From a bacterium (GTDB lineage Bacteria; UBA9089; JASEIO01): a DNA stretch of 63,204 nt. Within the stretch, counting starts at the first letter, position 1, and each line of letters starts with the position of its first letter. Shown here one piece after another: positions 8,700-16,834 of this stretch. The stretch lies in contig JASEIO010000002.1 of assembly GCA_030017475.1 (NCBI GenBank), forward strand, positions 1-63,204, in the 5' to 3' direction. The notes beneath the pieces are model-generated. The model ran no database searches. It was given only the letters and a program-made list of their open reading frames with translations, and was not told the DNA's origin. The translations under genes and the position numbers were made by a program.

Positions 8700-9131
8700 T
8701 TACTCACTTTTTTTGCCTTTTATACCTTTACGATTAAGGACAAATTTAGATGCCTGATCTATCTTCTCCTTTCTATGTTTTTCATCTGTAGATTTAATTA
8801 AACTCTTTTTTAACTCCTCTGACAATTTCCCCTTACAAGAATCACAGAGCCTTCCTGTAAAAATCTGTCTTTTACACAATTCACATGGATAGGTTATGGG
8901 AGTTTTATCCACAAGAAGTAGTCTTCCCTGCTTTATGAATTCAATAATCTTCTCTTCAGGGACACCTGTACCTTCTGCAATCTCTCCTGCATTGGAAAAA
9001 GGATGCTCATCTAAGTATTCCTTTACCCTTTCAAACTCCCTCTCATCATCCTCTAAACACTTTGGACAAAGGCTCCTTCCCAAAGAGACAAAAAGCTTTC
9101 TGCATCTTGAACAGTGTTTTAATTCAGGCAT
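8700..9131 (-). CDS. Flagellar operon zinc-ribbon protein, YvyF-like
   Basis: CSRCRKLFV...CPKCLEDDEREFERVKEYL...IIEFIKQGRLLL...YPCELCKRQIFTGRLCDSC resembles B. subtilis YvyF. It holds the same position, between comFC and flgN. Confidence 0.7.
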   Translation of the reverse strand: MPELKHCSRCRKLFVSLGRSLCPKCLEDDEREFERVKEYLDEHPFSNAGEIAEGTGVPEEKIIEFIKQGRLLLVDKTPITYPCELCKRQIFTGRLCDSCKGKLSEELKKSLIKSTDEKHRKEKIDQASKFVLNRKGIKGKKSE

Positions 9132-9172
9132 TTTAATCTACCCCCATTATCCGTTGTAACAGTCCTCTGTCC

Positions 9173-9892
9173 TTATCCGTGGGCCAGGGTCAACACATAT
9201 ACCTTCTTTGCCCCAGCTTCCATCAATACCTTACTACATTCATTGACAGTAGCACCAGTTGTATAGACATCATCAATAAGCATTATTACCTTATCCTTAA
9301 ATAAATGGTCCTTTTTTCTAATCAAAAAGGCATCCTTAACATTCTGCACTCGTTCCTTTTCAGATAGATTTACCTGAGAAGGGGTATCTTTATATCTTTT
9401 AAGGCTATCTGATACAGGGATACCAAAATATTTACCAATGGATGAGGAAAAAAGCTCTGCTTGATTAAAGGTACGTTTTCTCAACCTACTTTTGTGCAAA
9501 GGGACAGGAATAATAAAATCAAAATCCTCTACTTGCCAGTTTTTAATAATACAATCGATTAAAAGATGCATCAATGGTTTGTATAAGGCAATCCTTTTTT
9601 TATATTTGATAAGATGAATACACTCCTTTATTATTCCCTCATATCTACTAACTGCCCTTGCCTCGCAAAAATATCTCTTGGTTTTAAGGCATTCTTTACA
9701 TAATGGTCTTTCAACCCATTTAAAAGAAGAAGAAATGCCCTTTCCACATCTATGGCAAAAGGGAGGAAAAAGTAACCTGATTTTTGATAGACATTTAAAA
9801 CAAACATATTTCTCTTTAATTGAGGTAAGATCTGATCCACAGATTTCACAATTTGCTGGAAAGACAAAATTTATAACAGGATCAAGAAACAT
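9173..9892 (-). CDS. comFC: ComF-family phosphoribosyltransferase-like protein (ComFC)
   Basis: N-terminal CxxC...CxxC zinc finger and the C-terminal PRTase motif VIMLIDDVYTTGATVNEC. Start trimmed to ATG 9892 to remove the overlap with the upstream gene. Confidence 0.8.
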   Translation of the reverse strand: MFLDPVINFVFPANCEICGSDLTSIKEKYVCFKCLSKIRLLFPPFCHRCGKGISSSFKWVERPLCKECLKTKRYFCEARAVSRYEGIIKECIHLIKYKKRIALYKPLMHLLIDCIIKNWQVEDFDFIIPVPLHKSRLRKRTFNQAELFSSSIGKYFGIPVSDSLKRYKDTPSQVNLSEKERVQNVKDAFLIRKKDHLFKDKVIMLIDDVYTTGATVNECSKVLMEAGAKKVYVLTLAHG

Positions 9893-9902
9893 ATTGATAT
9901 AA

Positions 9903-10124
9903 TTAGTGGCATGTTCTGCAACTTGAGGCAGTGCAAGTACCACAGGATTTCGAAGATGTAGATGGGGTGAAATTACCCCCTGTTCTAATCCCAAAAACAG
10001 AGAATAGCTTCTGACAATTATCTGAATTACACTTAGGGCATTGAATACTATTTGAATCTGAAAAACTCGTCAACTTCACAAACCTATCTTTGCAAGCCAA
10101 ACATTGATATTCATAGATAGGCAT
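9903..10124 (-). CDS. FmdB-family zinc ribbon protein
   Basis: MPIYEYQCLACKDRF...CPKCNS matches the CxxC_CxxC_SSSS family N-terminus. Confidence 0.8.
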   Translation of the reverse strand: MPIYEYQCLACKDRFVKLTSFSDSNSIQCPKCNSDNCQKLFSVFGIRTGGNFTPSTSSKSCGTCTASSCRTCH

Positions 10125-10151
10125 TTAGAAACCCCCTTTAGTTTTTAGTTC

Positions 10152-13100
10152 CTATTTTCCTTCATATGGTTTTGTCTTCACCTCATTTCCTTCAAAATAA
10201 AGCGTCACTGATTTCATCTTCTCTTTTATATCCAATCTTGCAGACCGGATTACTATGGTTACACCTGGATAGAGTGTATCGATTACATTCACCTTTCCAC
10301 CTAAGGAACGGGCAATCTGTGATTCCAAGATTTCCTTTCTTTCAATATAAGAACGTAACTTCATCTGCAAGATGTTTCGCCTTTTAATCAACTTGGTTAA
10401 TAGTCTTAATCTTCTTTCAGATAAATGTCCTTCTTTTTTCCATCTTTCTAAGGTAGAGATATCCAATTTGATTCTTTCTAAATTCCTATCTTCTATCTTA
10501 TACATTTTTTCTAATGTCTCTAATTGCCCTCTAATCCTTGGTGTTACACCAACCTCAACGAGTGTCCGTGTAGAGACTTCACAACCTAAAACCCTTGCAG
10601 TTACCTCTTCTACTGCCCTTATTTTACCTCCAACAATTGAACCTCTTTTCCCCAAAACCTGGATCTTTTTACCAGAATCAAGCTCACTATGTAAAACCTC
10701 TTCTTGAATAATGATATTCTCCTCGGATATGAGATGGGCATTCTCCACAAATTTGGCTACAATATCTCCTGAGGCACGTAACGTTGCCTCTTCTTTACCC
10801 TGGACTCCAGCTCCAATCAAGATATTTCCCTTGGCATTTAATGTTGCCTTCCCCACCCCATTTTTAACCTGGATATCCCCTGATGCATTTATCTTAAAGC
10901 CATCCTTTACATCTCCTCCAACCATCACTGTTCCAAGAAAGTTTATATTTCCTGAATGGAAATCTATATCCCCTTTAATATCATAGATGGGTTCTATATT
11001 GATCCTTTCATTTGCCCAGACAACATGTCCTGAGATTTTTGCCCGTAATTCCTGGCCATCTTCAGATATCTCTGTATTTCTTCCAGCTGGAAGGCGTACA
11101 TCTTGAAAAGTAGGAGGAATCTCCTCTCCACTTAGGCGTAATCCTGGTTTACCACCAAAATTAACGGTTTTTTTCTTGGCTAAGAGTTCTCCTTCCTCCA
11201 CGTTTTTAATTAGATTCAACTCGTGAAAGTCAATCCTACCATGTTCATCCTCTACAAGATGGACTTTGGTAAGATCCTTTCTAAAACTATACTCAATCTC
11301 AGCACTATATCCAGGAGTAGGAGGAATCTCCTCTGCCACTAAGATAGATGTGTTCCACTTTTTATTATTAATTACATCCTTGATTACATCCTCTTTAATA
11401 CAAGCTACAACCCCTTTTTCCCGCAAGGCATTTATAACATCTTCATATTTAATTGGTAAACCACCATCTTTTTCAGGGATTACTATCATCTCTGCCCTGG
11501 ATTTGTCCTCTGACAATTCAACTGAAACCTGGGCATCAATCCCTTTCCTTCTTTGATGCTCCCCTATTTTAACTGGAACCCCTTTCTCCTCATCCACAGT
11601 ACTCTTTAAAGAGTTACGATCAATATTGATATATCCTCTATCCTCAATCTCAGACTGAATATCTTCTATCTTCACCCTTTTTCCTTTACCCTTTGGAGGA
11701 TAAACAGTTAAAAACAACCCTTCTTTAGTATTCTCTAATTTGAATGAACCAGAAATATTTATCTCTTCTACAGACTCATCCTCTGCTTCCCAAGGCAATA
11801 CCTTAAAACCCTTTTGAAAAACACGAACCTTTACTCTGCCATCTATCCGCTCAATCTCAGTGCATGTAACATCATGCAGCCCCAAACCTAAAATCTTTGC
11901 CCCTTCTTTTTTTCCTTCTTCTAAAGAAGAGGATTCTATGACAATTGAGCGGGGATACCTCGAAAAGTCAAAATTTGACTCAGGTTCTCCAACCGAAACG
12001 CTTGGTTTTAATTCTATCTCCTGGTATGCCTCCCTTTCTACCTTTCCATCGTGAAGACGAAAGGTTGCCGCCTTTTCTCCCTTCTTTATCTCCACTGGAA
12101 CCTTATCAATTACCAATTTTACCCCTTGATAGATATTCTCTAAGATAGAAACCTCTGAAGCCTTAATCTCAGTCTTCACTTTTTCAATAGAACCAATAGA
12201 TCTTGCATCTACTTTATCTGCCTCTATCTTCCCACCAAGGATTTGCCCCTTTTTGCCAAGGCACTTCACAACCCCAAGTACCTTGATCCTACAATTAACA
12301 ATCTCCCCTTCAACAAGCAGGTTTCCTTTTACATCTATCTCTATATCTTCGCAGGATTTAGCTATTACATCCCCTGAAGCTACAATCTTTCCTTTTCCTT
12401 TCCCTAAGATATCCTGTTTGATCCTAACTGTTCCTTTAGCCTCCAGTAAGCTATCTCCCACATTTCCCATAACTTCGATATCAGCTCCAGCATTAATCTG
12501 CACACCATCTTCAATAGAGCCACCAATCCTCACCTTTCCTGGAAAATCAATCTTACCCATCCCTTTTTTTAGATCACCTGGAATCTCATAGATCTTCTCC
12601 ACAGTCAATTTATTGTCTTCCCAATTTACTAATCCCTTGGATGTAGCATAAGCCTGTAGTCCATCTCTCTCCAAAAAGACATTCCTTCCACAAATTATCT
12701 TTATATCCGATCCGAGTGAACCAGGGATTATCTCTCCAGTTACTGATCTACCTTGTTTGCCAGATGTTGCTGGCACCTTTATCATCAAAACCTGTCCTGG
12801 ATAAACCTCTCCCTTCTTGAACCTATAAGCTAAATAGGCATCTTCTCCTTCCTCTGGAGATATACCCGTAGCTATAAGAATCTCTTCATTATACCTTCTG
12901 TCTTGTAATATGCTATTAACCAGTTTTTCATCTACCTCTTTTATCCTTTTATCTTTAATCGCCTTCCAGATGTCTTCCAACTCAACCCTTTTACCTCCAA
13001 TTTTAGGCATAGTGATCTTTAAATAGGCCTTTAAATTATCCTTTATCTCTATTATCACCTTTCCATCTAATGTGGGATCATATGAAGAGGTTATTCCTGA

Positions 13101-13226
13101 CAAACTTTTCTCAATCGACTCTAAGGTTTTGTCAATTTTTTCCAAATCTTCTTCTTCCACTTCATGTTCTAAGAATTCTAAATCCTTCTCCATGTTCTCT
13201 AATGCCTTTAGTCTTTTGTCATCCAT
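10152..13226 (-). CDS. FapA (DUF342) family protein, tandemly duplicated (1024 aa)
   Basis: There are two N-domain-like segments: KAYLKITMPKIGGKRVELEDIWKAIKDKRIKEVDEKLV and RAEMIVIPEKDGGLPIKYEDVINALREKGVVACIKEDVI. Each is followed by glycine-rich beta-helix repeats (GDIEVMGNVGD..., GDIQVKNGVGK...). A C-terminal coiled coil is typical of DUF342. Confidence 0.7.
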   Translation of the reverse strand: MDDKRLKALENMEKDLEFLEHEVEEEDLEKIDKTLESIEKSLSGITSSYDPTLDGKVIIEIKDNLKAYLKITMPKIGGKRVELEDIWKAIKDKRIKEVDEKLVNSILQDRRYNEEILIATGISPEEGEDAYLAYRFKKGEVYPGQVLMIKVPATSGKQGRSVTGEIIPGSLGSDIKIICGRNVFLERDGLQAYATSKGLVNWEDNKLTVEKIYEIPGDLKKGMGKIDFPGKVRIGGSIEDGVQINAGADIEVMGNVGDSLLEAKGTVRIKQDILGKGKGKIVASGDVIAKSCEDIEIDVKGNLLVEGEIVNCRIKVLGVVKCLGKKGQILGGKIEADKVDARSIGSIEKVKTEIKASEVSILENIYQGVKLVIDKVPVEIKKGEKAATFRLHDGKVEREAYQEIELKPSVSVGEPESNFDFSRYPRSIVIESSSLEEGKKEGAKILGLGLHDVTCTEIERIDGRVKVRVFQKGFKVLPWEAEDESVEEINISGSFKLENTKEGLFLTVYPPKGKGKRVKIEDIQSEIEDRGYINIDRNSLKSTVDEEKGVPVKIGEHQRRKGIDAQVSVELSEDKSRAEMIVIPEKDGGLPIKYEDVINALREKGVVACIKEDVIKDVINNKKWNTSILVAEEIPPTPGYSAEIEYSFRKDLTKVHLVEDEHGRIDFHELNLIKNVEEGELLAKKKTVNFGGKPGLRLSGEEIPPTFQDVRLPAGRNTEISEDGQELRAKISGHVVWANERINIEPIYDIKGDIDFHSGNINFLGTVMVGGDVKDGFKINASGDIQVKNGVGKATLNAKGNILIGAGVQGKEEATLRASGDIVAKFVENAHLISEENIIIQEEVLHSELDSGKKIQVLGKRGSIVGGKIRAVEEVTARVLGCEVSTRTLVEVGVTPRIRGQLETLEKMYKIEDRNLERIKLDISTLERWKKEGHLSERRLRLLTKLIKRRNILQMKLRSYIERKEILESQIARSLGGKVNVIDTLYPGVTIVIRSARLDIKEKMKSVTLYFEGNEVKTKPYEGK

Positions 13227-13280
13227 TTATATCACCTATCTTTAGGTTACCAAAGAATCGTGAAAAAGTCAAGCAGATTT

Positions 13281-13310
13281 AGCCACGGATTATCACGGAT
13301 GATCTACAGA
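13281..13310. repeat. Dispersed CACGGAT-type repeat, copy 1
   Basis: AGCCACGGATTATCACGGATGATCTACAGA compares with AACCACGGATTCACACGGATGATTTACAAAA at 43078-43108. An inverted, diverged copy is at 41917-41935. Confidence 0.7.
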
Positions 13311-13378
13311 AGGTAGAAAAGTAAAGGGGTCAGGACTAACCTTAACCCCTAACACCTACCACCCAAAACACCTATCAT

Positions 13379-13546
13379 CTAATCTGTGATTTCTGCCTCT
13401 TCCTCAAGCATTATAGGAATCCCATCCCTTATAGGATATCTCCTTTTACATTCCGTACAAATCAACTTCTGGTTCACTTCATCGTAGATAATATCAGCTT
13501 TACATACAGGACAAGCTAAAATCTCTAACAATTGTTGATCAATCAT
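13379..13546 (-). CDS. Trm112/YcaR-family small zinc-ribbon protein (55 aa; below the ORF-track cutoff)
   Basis: Manual translation gives MIDQQLLEILACPVCKADIIYDEVNQKLICTECKRRYPIRDGIPIMLEEEAEITD. This matches the LLxILxCPxCK...YPIxDGIPxML signature. SD AAGGAGGGAG lies upstream. Confidence 0.75.
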   Translation of the reverse strand: MIDQQLLEILACPVCKADIIYDEVNQKLICTECKRRYPIRDGIPIMLEEEAEITD

Positions 13547-13599
13547 CTTCTCCCTCCTTTACCTCCTATCTTCTACACCCCAGGGTGCAAAATAGGAAG

Positions 13600-14610
13600 T
13601 TAGTGGATTTTAAAAAGAAGCCAAGCCCCTATAGAATAAAATACAATCATGGAAACAACACCTAAACCTAACTTCAAAAAGCTTCTTTTAGAACGATACA
13701 TCAAGCTAATGATCACAATACAGGTTAAGATGACTTGTAAGGCTATGGTTAATGTATGGGTTGTAGAAAGATTAGATAAAATAGGACCCTTTCTATAAAA
13801 AAGATCCGATATCGTAATTACAGCGATATTGAACATATTGGAACCAAATATACTTCCTAAGGCCATATCGATCATCCCTGATTTAACCACTGAAATTGCA
13901 ATCGAAAGTTCAGGTAAAGATGTAGTAATGGCTAAAAATATTGTTCCTACAAAGCTATGTCCCAGGTTTGTGGCTGTGGAGATTTTATCACATATGAAGG
14001 ATAACCAGATCCCGGACGAAACAACTATCAAAGAAATAATCACAAATTTAATCCCTAAAGTCCTTAAATCTTTATCTTCATCTGTTCTCCTATATACTAC
14101 TTTCTTCAGTTTAGATTCCCTTTTTTCAAATCGGAATATAAGCCTTGTCCCTATAAGATATATAGATAAAACCAATAAGGTATCTACACCAACCTTAAAG
14201 ATATCAGGTAGTCTAAGGATATCTTGGATGGTATTAAAGGTAATACTAAAGCCAACTATTCCAGCGAGGAGGATTGAAATACCTGCTGATAGAATATGTC
14301 TTTCCTTTGCTTCATGAAGTATTGGACCTTTACCCTGAACAATGTCTATTATGGCAATAATCATTAAGTTAAAGATATTTGACCCAAAGATATCTCCTAC
14401 CCCTAAATCTGGAGCATCAACTAAAGAGACTGAGGCTATACAAACTATCAATTCTGGGAGAGAGGTGATAAAACCTAAGAGTAATATCCCAATCCAAATA
14501 GAAGATAAACCAGTTAATTTCGAGATACCCTCTCCATACTTAGATAGCCTATTTGCTCCAATAACAATAAGAGTGGCACTAATCACAAAATTTAGTAAAA
14601 GCCAAAACAT
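13600..14610 (-). CDS. Sodium/calcium exchanger (CaCA) family membrane protein
   Basis: About 10 TM segments. Duplicated alpha-repeat motifs TSLPELIVCI...GDIFGSNIFN and TSLPELSIAI...GSIFGSNMFN. Confidence 0.75.
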   Translation of the reverse strand: MFWLLLNFVISATLIVIGANRLSKYGEGISKLTGLSSIWIGILLLGFITSLPELIVCIASVSLVDAPDLGVGDIFGSNIFNLMIIAIIDIVQGKGPILHEAKERHILSAGISILLAGIVGFSITFNTIQDILRLPDIFKVGVDTLLVLSIYLIGTRLIFRFEKRESKLKKVVYRRTDEDKDLRTLGIKFVIISLIVVSSGIWLSFICDKISTATNLGHSFVGTIFLAITTSLPELSIAISVVKSGMIDMALGSIFGSNMFNIAVITISDLFYRKGPILSNLSTTHTLTIALQVILTCIVIISLMYRSKRSFLKLGLGVVSMIVFYSIGAWLLFKIH

Positions 14611-14634
14611 CTCACACCACTTAAAGCCTTCTAA

Positions 14635-15462
14635 TCAGAGTTGCCTCAGTTTATTAACTACTTCATTAATAACCCATGGAGGAGTGGAAGTACCTGCCGC
14701 CACTCCCACTTTTCTAACTGATGTTTCTATACCATTTATCTCTTCGGGATATTCGATATGGTAGGTACCTACACCTGCCTTTCTACATACACTTACTAAT
14801 CTCTTTGTATTAGCACTATCTCTTCCTCCAACAACAAATATCACATCTACCATCTTAGCAAGTTCTAAAGATGCGGCCTGGTGTTTAATCGTTTCTTCGC
14901 AAATTGTATTATATACCCTTATCTCTTGCACCTCCTCTAAGATTCTACCAATTATATCCTTATACAGAGATAAATCCTGGGTAGTTTGACCAATCACCCC
15001 AACATTTCTCTTAAAATCTATTTTACAAACCTCCTCAATCTCACCTATAACCTTAGCATCACCTTCTACCCTCTCCATTATACTCATAACTTCAGGATGA
15101 TCTCTTTCTCCTACAATAATCAATTGATAGCCATCTTCCTTTAATCGGGATGCCAGATCCTGTACAGTTCGTACTCTTGGACATGTAGCATCTATCACCT
15201 CTAATCCTCTTTCCTCTGCTTGTTTATATACCAAAGGTGAAACACCATGAGAACGAAGCACAAGAATTCCTCCTCGAACATCCCTTAAATCATCAATAAC
15301 CCGAACTCCATCCTCTTCAAGTTTACGTACCATTTGTGGATTATGAATCAATGGACCCAATGTATACACATTCTCTTTTTTAGTAAGGGCTTCGTAGGTA
15401 AGCTTTATTGCCCTTTTTACTCCGAAACAAAATCCAGCCTTTGTAGCTAAAATCACTTCCAT
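14635..15462 (-). CDS. ispH: 4-hydroxy-3-methylbut-2-enyl diphosphate reductase
   Basis: AGFCFGVKRAI, DATCPRV and YNTICEET provide the three Cys ligands in IspH context. Start trimmed to ATG 15462. Confidence 0.9.
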   Translation of the reverse strand: MEVILATKAGFCFGVKRAIKLTYEALTKKENVYTLGPLIHNPQMVRKLEEDGVRVIDDLRDVRGGILVLRSHGVSPLVYKQAEERGLEVIDATCPRVRTVQDLASRLKEDGYQLIIVGERDHPEVMSIMERVEGDAKVIGEIEEVCKIDFKRNVGVIGQTTQDLSLYKDIIGRILEEVQEIRVYNTICEETIKHQAASLELAKMVDVIFVVGGRDSANTKRLVSVCRKAGVGTYHIEYPEEINGIETSVRKVGVAAGTSTPPWVINEVVNKLRQL

Positions 15463-15492
15463 CTTAACCTTCACTTCGTTCGGGGATGAACG

Positions 15493-16113
15493 TCAAACGG
15501 CTAACGACTTGATATGTTCCATTATCATGTTTGCTGCCTTCCGATATATCTCTTTTTTAGGAATATCCCCAAAGAATTTATCAAATTCTATTGATTTACC
15601 AAATCTTACTCTAATTTTAGCAGGTTTTATAAATATCCTACCTCTCGGTAATGCAACCTCAGTTCCAAATATCCTAGCAGGTATAACCTTTGCCTCCAAT
15701 TTGTAAGCCTTAATAGCAATAACACCTGTGCCTGGTAAGGCATTCCCTAATCTACCGTTAATACTTCTTGTCCCTTCAGGAAACCAAAGAAGTATCCTTC
15801 CCTCCCTTAAGAGCTTTAATGAATACTCGATTGCACCCCTATCAATTTTACTCCTTTTAATAGGGAAGGCCCCGTATCTCCTAATTATCCAAGAGAAGAT
15901 AGGAATATGGAACAGTTCCTCCCTGGCAATAAAATTCAACTGCCTTTTTACTGAAGCACCTATAACCACAGGATCTAAGAAACTCATATGATTAGCAAAT
16001 ATCAAAACTCCACCGCTCTCTGGTATGTTCCCACTCTCATATACCTTAAATTGAAAAAGAAGTCGCAACAATACATTACCTATGAAATGGGAAATTCTAT
16101 AACCAATCGTCAT
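15493..16113 (-). CDS. plsC: 1-acyl-sn-glycerol-3-phosphate acyltransferase
   Basis: HxxxxD motif (NHMSFLDP) and FPEGTRS motif. Confidence 0.85.
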   Translation of the reverse strand: MTIGYRISHFIGNVLLRLLFQFKVYESGNIPESGGVLIFANHMSFLDPVVIGASVKRQLNFIAREELFHIPIFSWIIRRYGAFPIKRSKIDRGAIEYSLKLLREGRILLWFPEGTRSINGRLGNALPGTGVIAIKAYKLEAKVIPARIFGTEVALPRGRIFIKPAKIRVRFGKSIEFDKFFGDIPKKEIYRKAANMIMEHIKSLAV

Positions 16114-16125
16114 ATATAACCCAAA

Positions 16126-16178
16126 AAGCTATAAGCTGTAAGGACTGCGCATTTCTATCTGCTTATATCTTATAGCTT
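16126..16178 (-). terminator. Inverted-repeat element of the AAGCTRTAAG family; likely terminator after cmk
   Basis: AAGCTATAAG (16126-16135) pairs with CTTATAGCTT (16169-16178), and the minus strand has TTTTT after the stem. It is homologous to the element at 40599-40654. The right arm supplies the last codons and the stop of cmk. Confidence 0.55.
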
Positions 16179-16834
16179 ATATCAAGTCTCTTTTTAATAA
16201 TCTCAAGACAGCTCTCTACCACTTCATCTAAAGTTAAATTAGTGGTATCGACATAAATGGCATCCTCTGCCTTTCGGAGTGGAGAATCTTCCCTTTCAAA
16301 ATCACTTCTATCTCTTGCTTCAATATCACTCCTTATCTCATCTATATCAGAGAAATCCTTGTTCAGGTCCTTAAGTCTCCTTTTTGCTCTCTCATCCAGA
16401 GTAGCATCTAAATATATCTTAACCAAAGCCTCTGGGAAAACAACTGTGCCGATATCCCGTCCTTCCATAACAATTCCTTGATTTCCCAGCATATTTCTTT
16501 GTAAGGCGACTAAGTGACTGCGAACTTTAGAATTTCTGGCTATATAGAAAACTCGCTTAGTTAAATCAGGCTCTCTTATATACCTCGAGACATCCTCTCC
16601 ATCAACATAAACCCTGCCATCTTTAGAAACAGAGATATCTGTTTTTCTAATAAGTCGAGCCACTGCTTCTTCATTAGTTAGATCAACCCCCTTTTTCATC
16701 GCCTTCCATGTAGCTGCTCTATACATTGCCCCTGTATCAATGTAGGCATAACCTAAATGGACTGCTATTCTTTTCGAAACTGAGGTCTTCCCTGAAGCTG
16801 CAGGTCCATCAATAGCAACAACAATCCTTCTCAT
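16163..16834 (-). CDS. cmk: Cytidylate kinase
   Basis: IAIDGPAASGKTSVSKRIA P-loop and overall Cmk pattern. Confidence 0.9.
   Translation of the reverse strand: MRRIVVAIDGPAASGKTSVSKRIAVHLGYAYIDTGAMYRAATWKAMKKGVDLTNEEAVARLIRKTDISVSKDGRVYVDGEDVSRYIREPDLTKRVFYIARNSKVRSHLVALQRNMLGNQGIVMEGRDIGTVVFPEALVKIYLDATLDERAKRRLKDLNKDFSDIDEIRSDIEARDRSDFEREDSPLRKAEDAIYVDTTNLTLDEVVESCLEIIKKRLDISYKI

Noticed and set aside
13829-14764. Two plus-strand ORFs (162 and 140 aa)
   Set aside because: Both are antisense to the CaCA exchanger gene, whose duplicated alpha-repeat motifs support the minus-strand reading.
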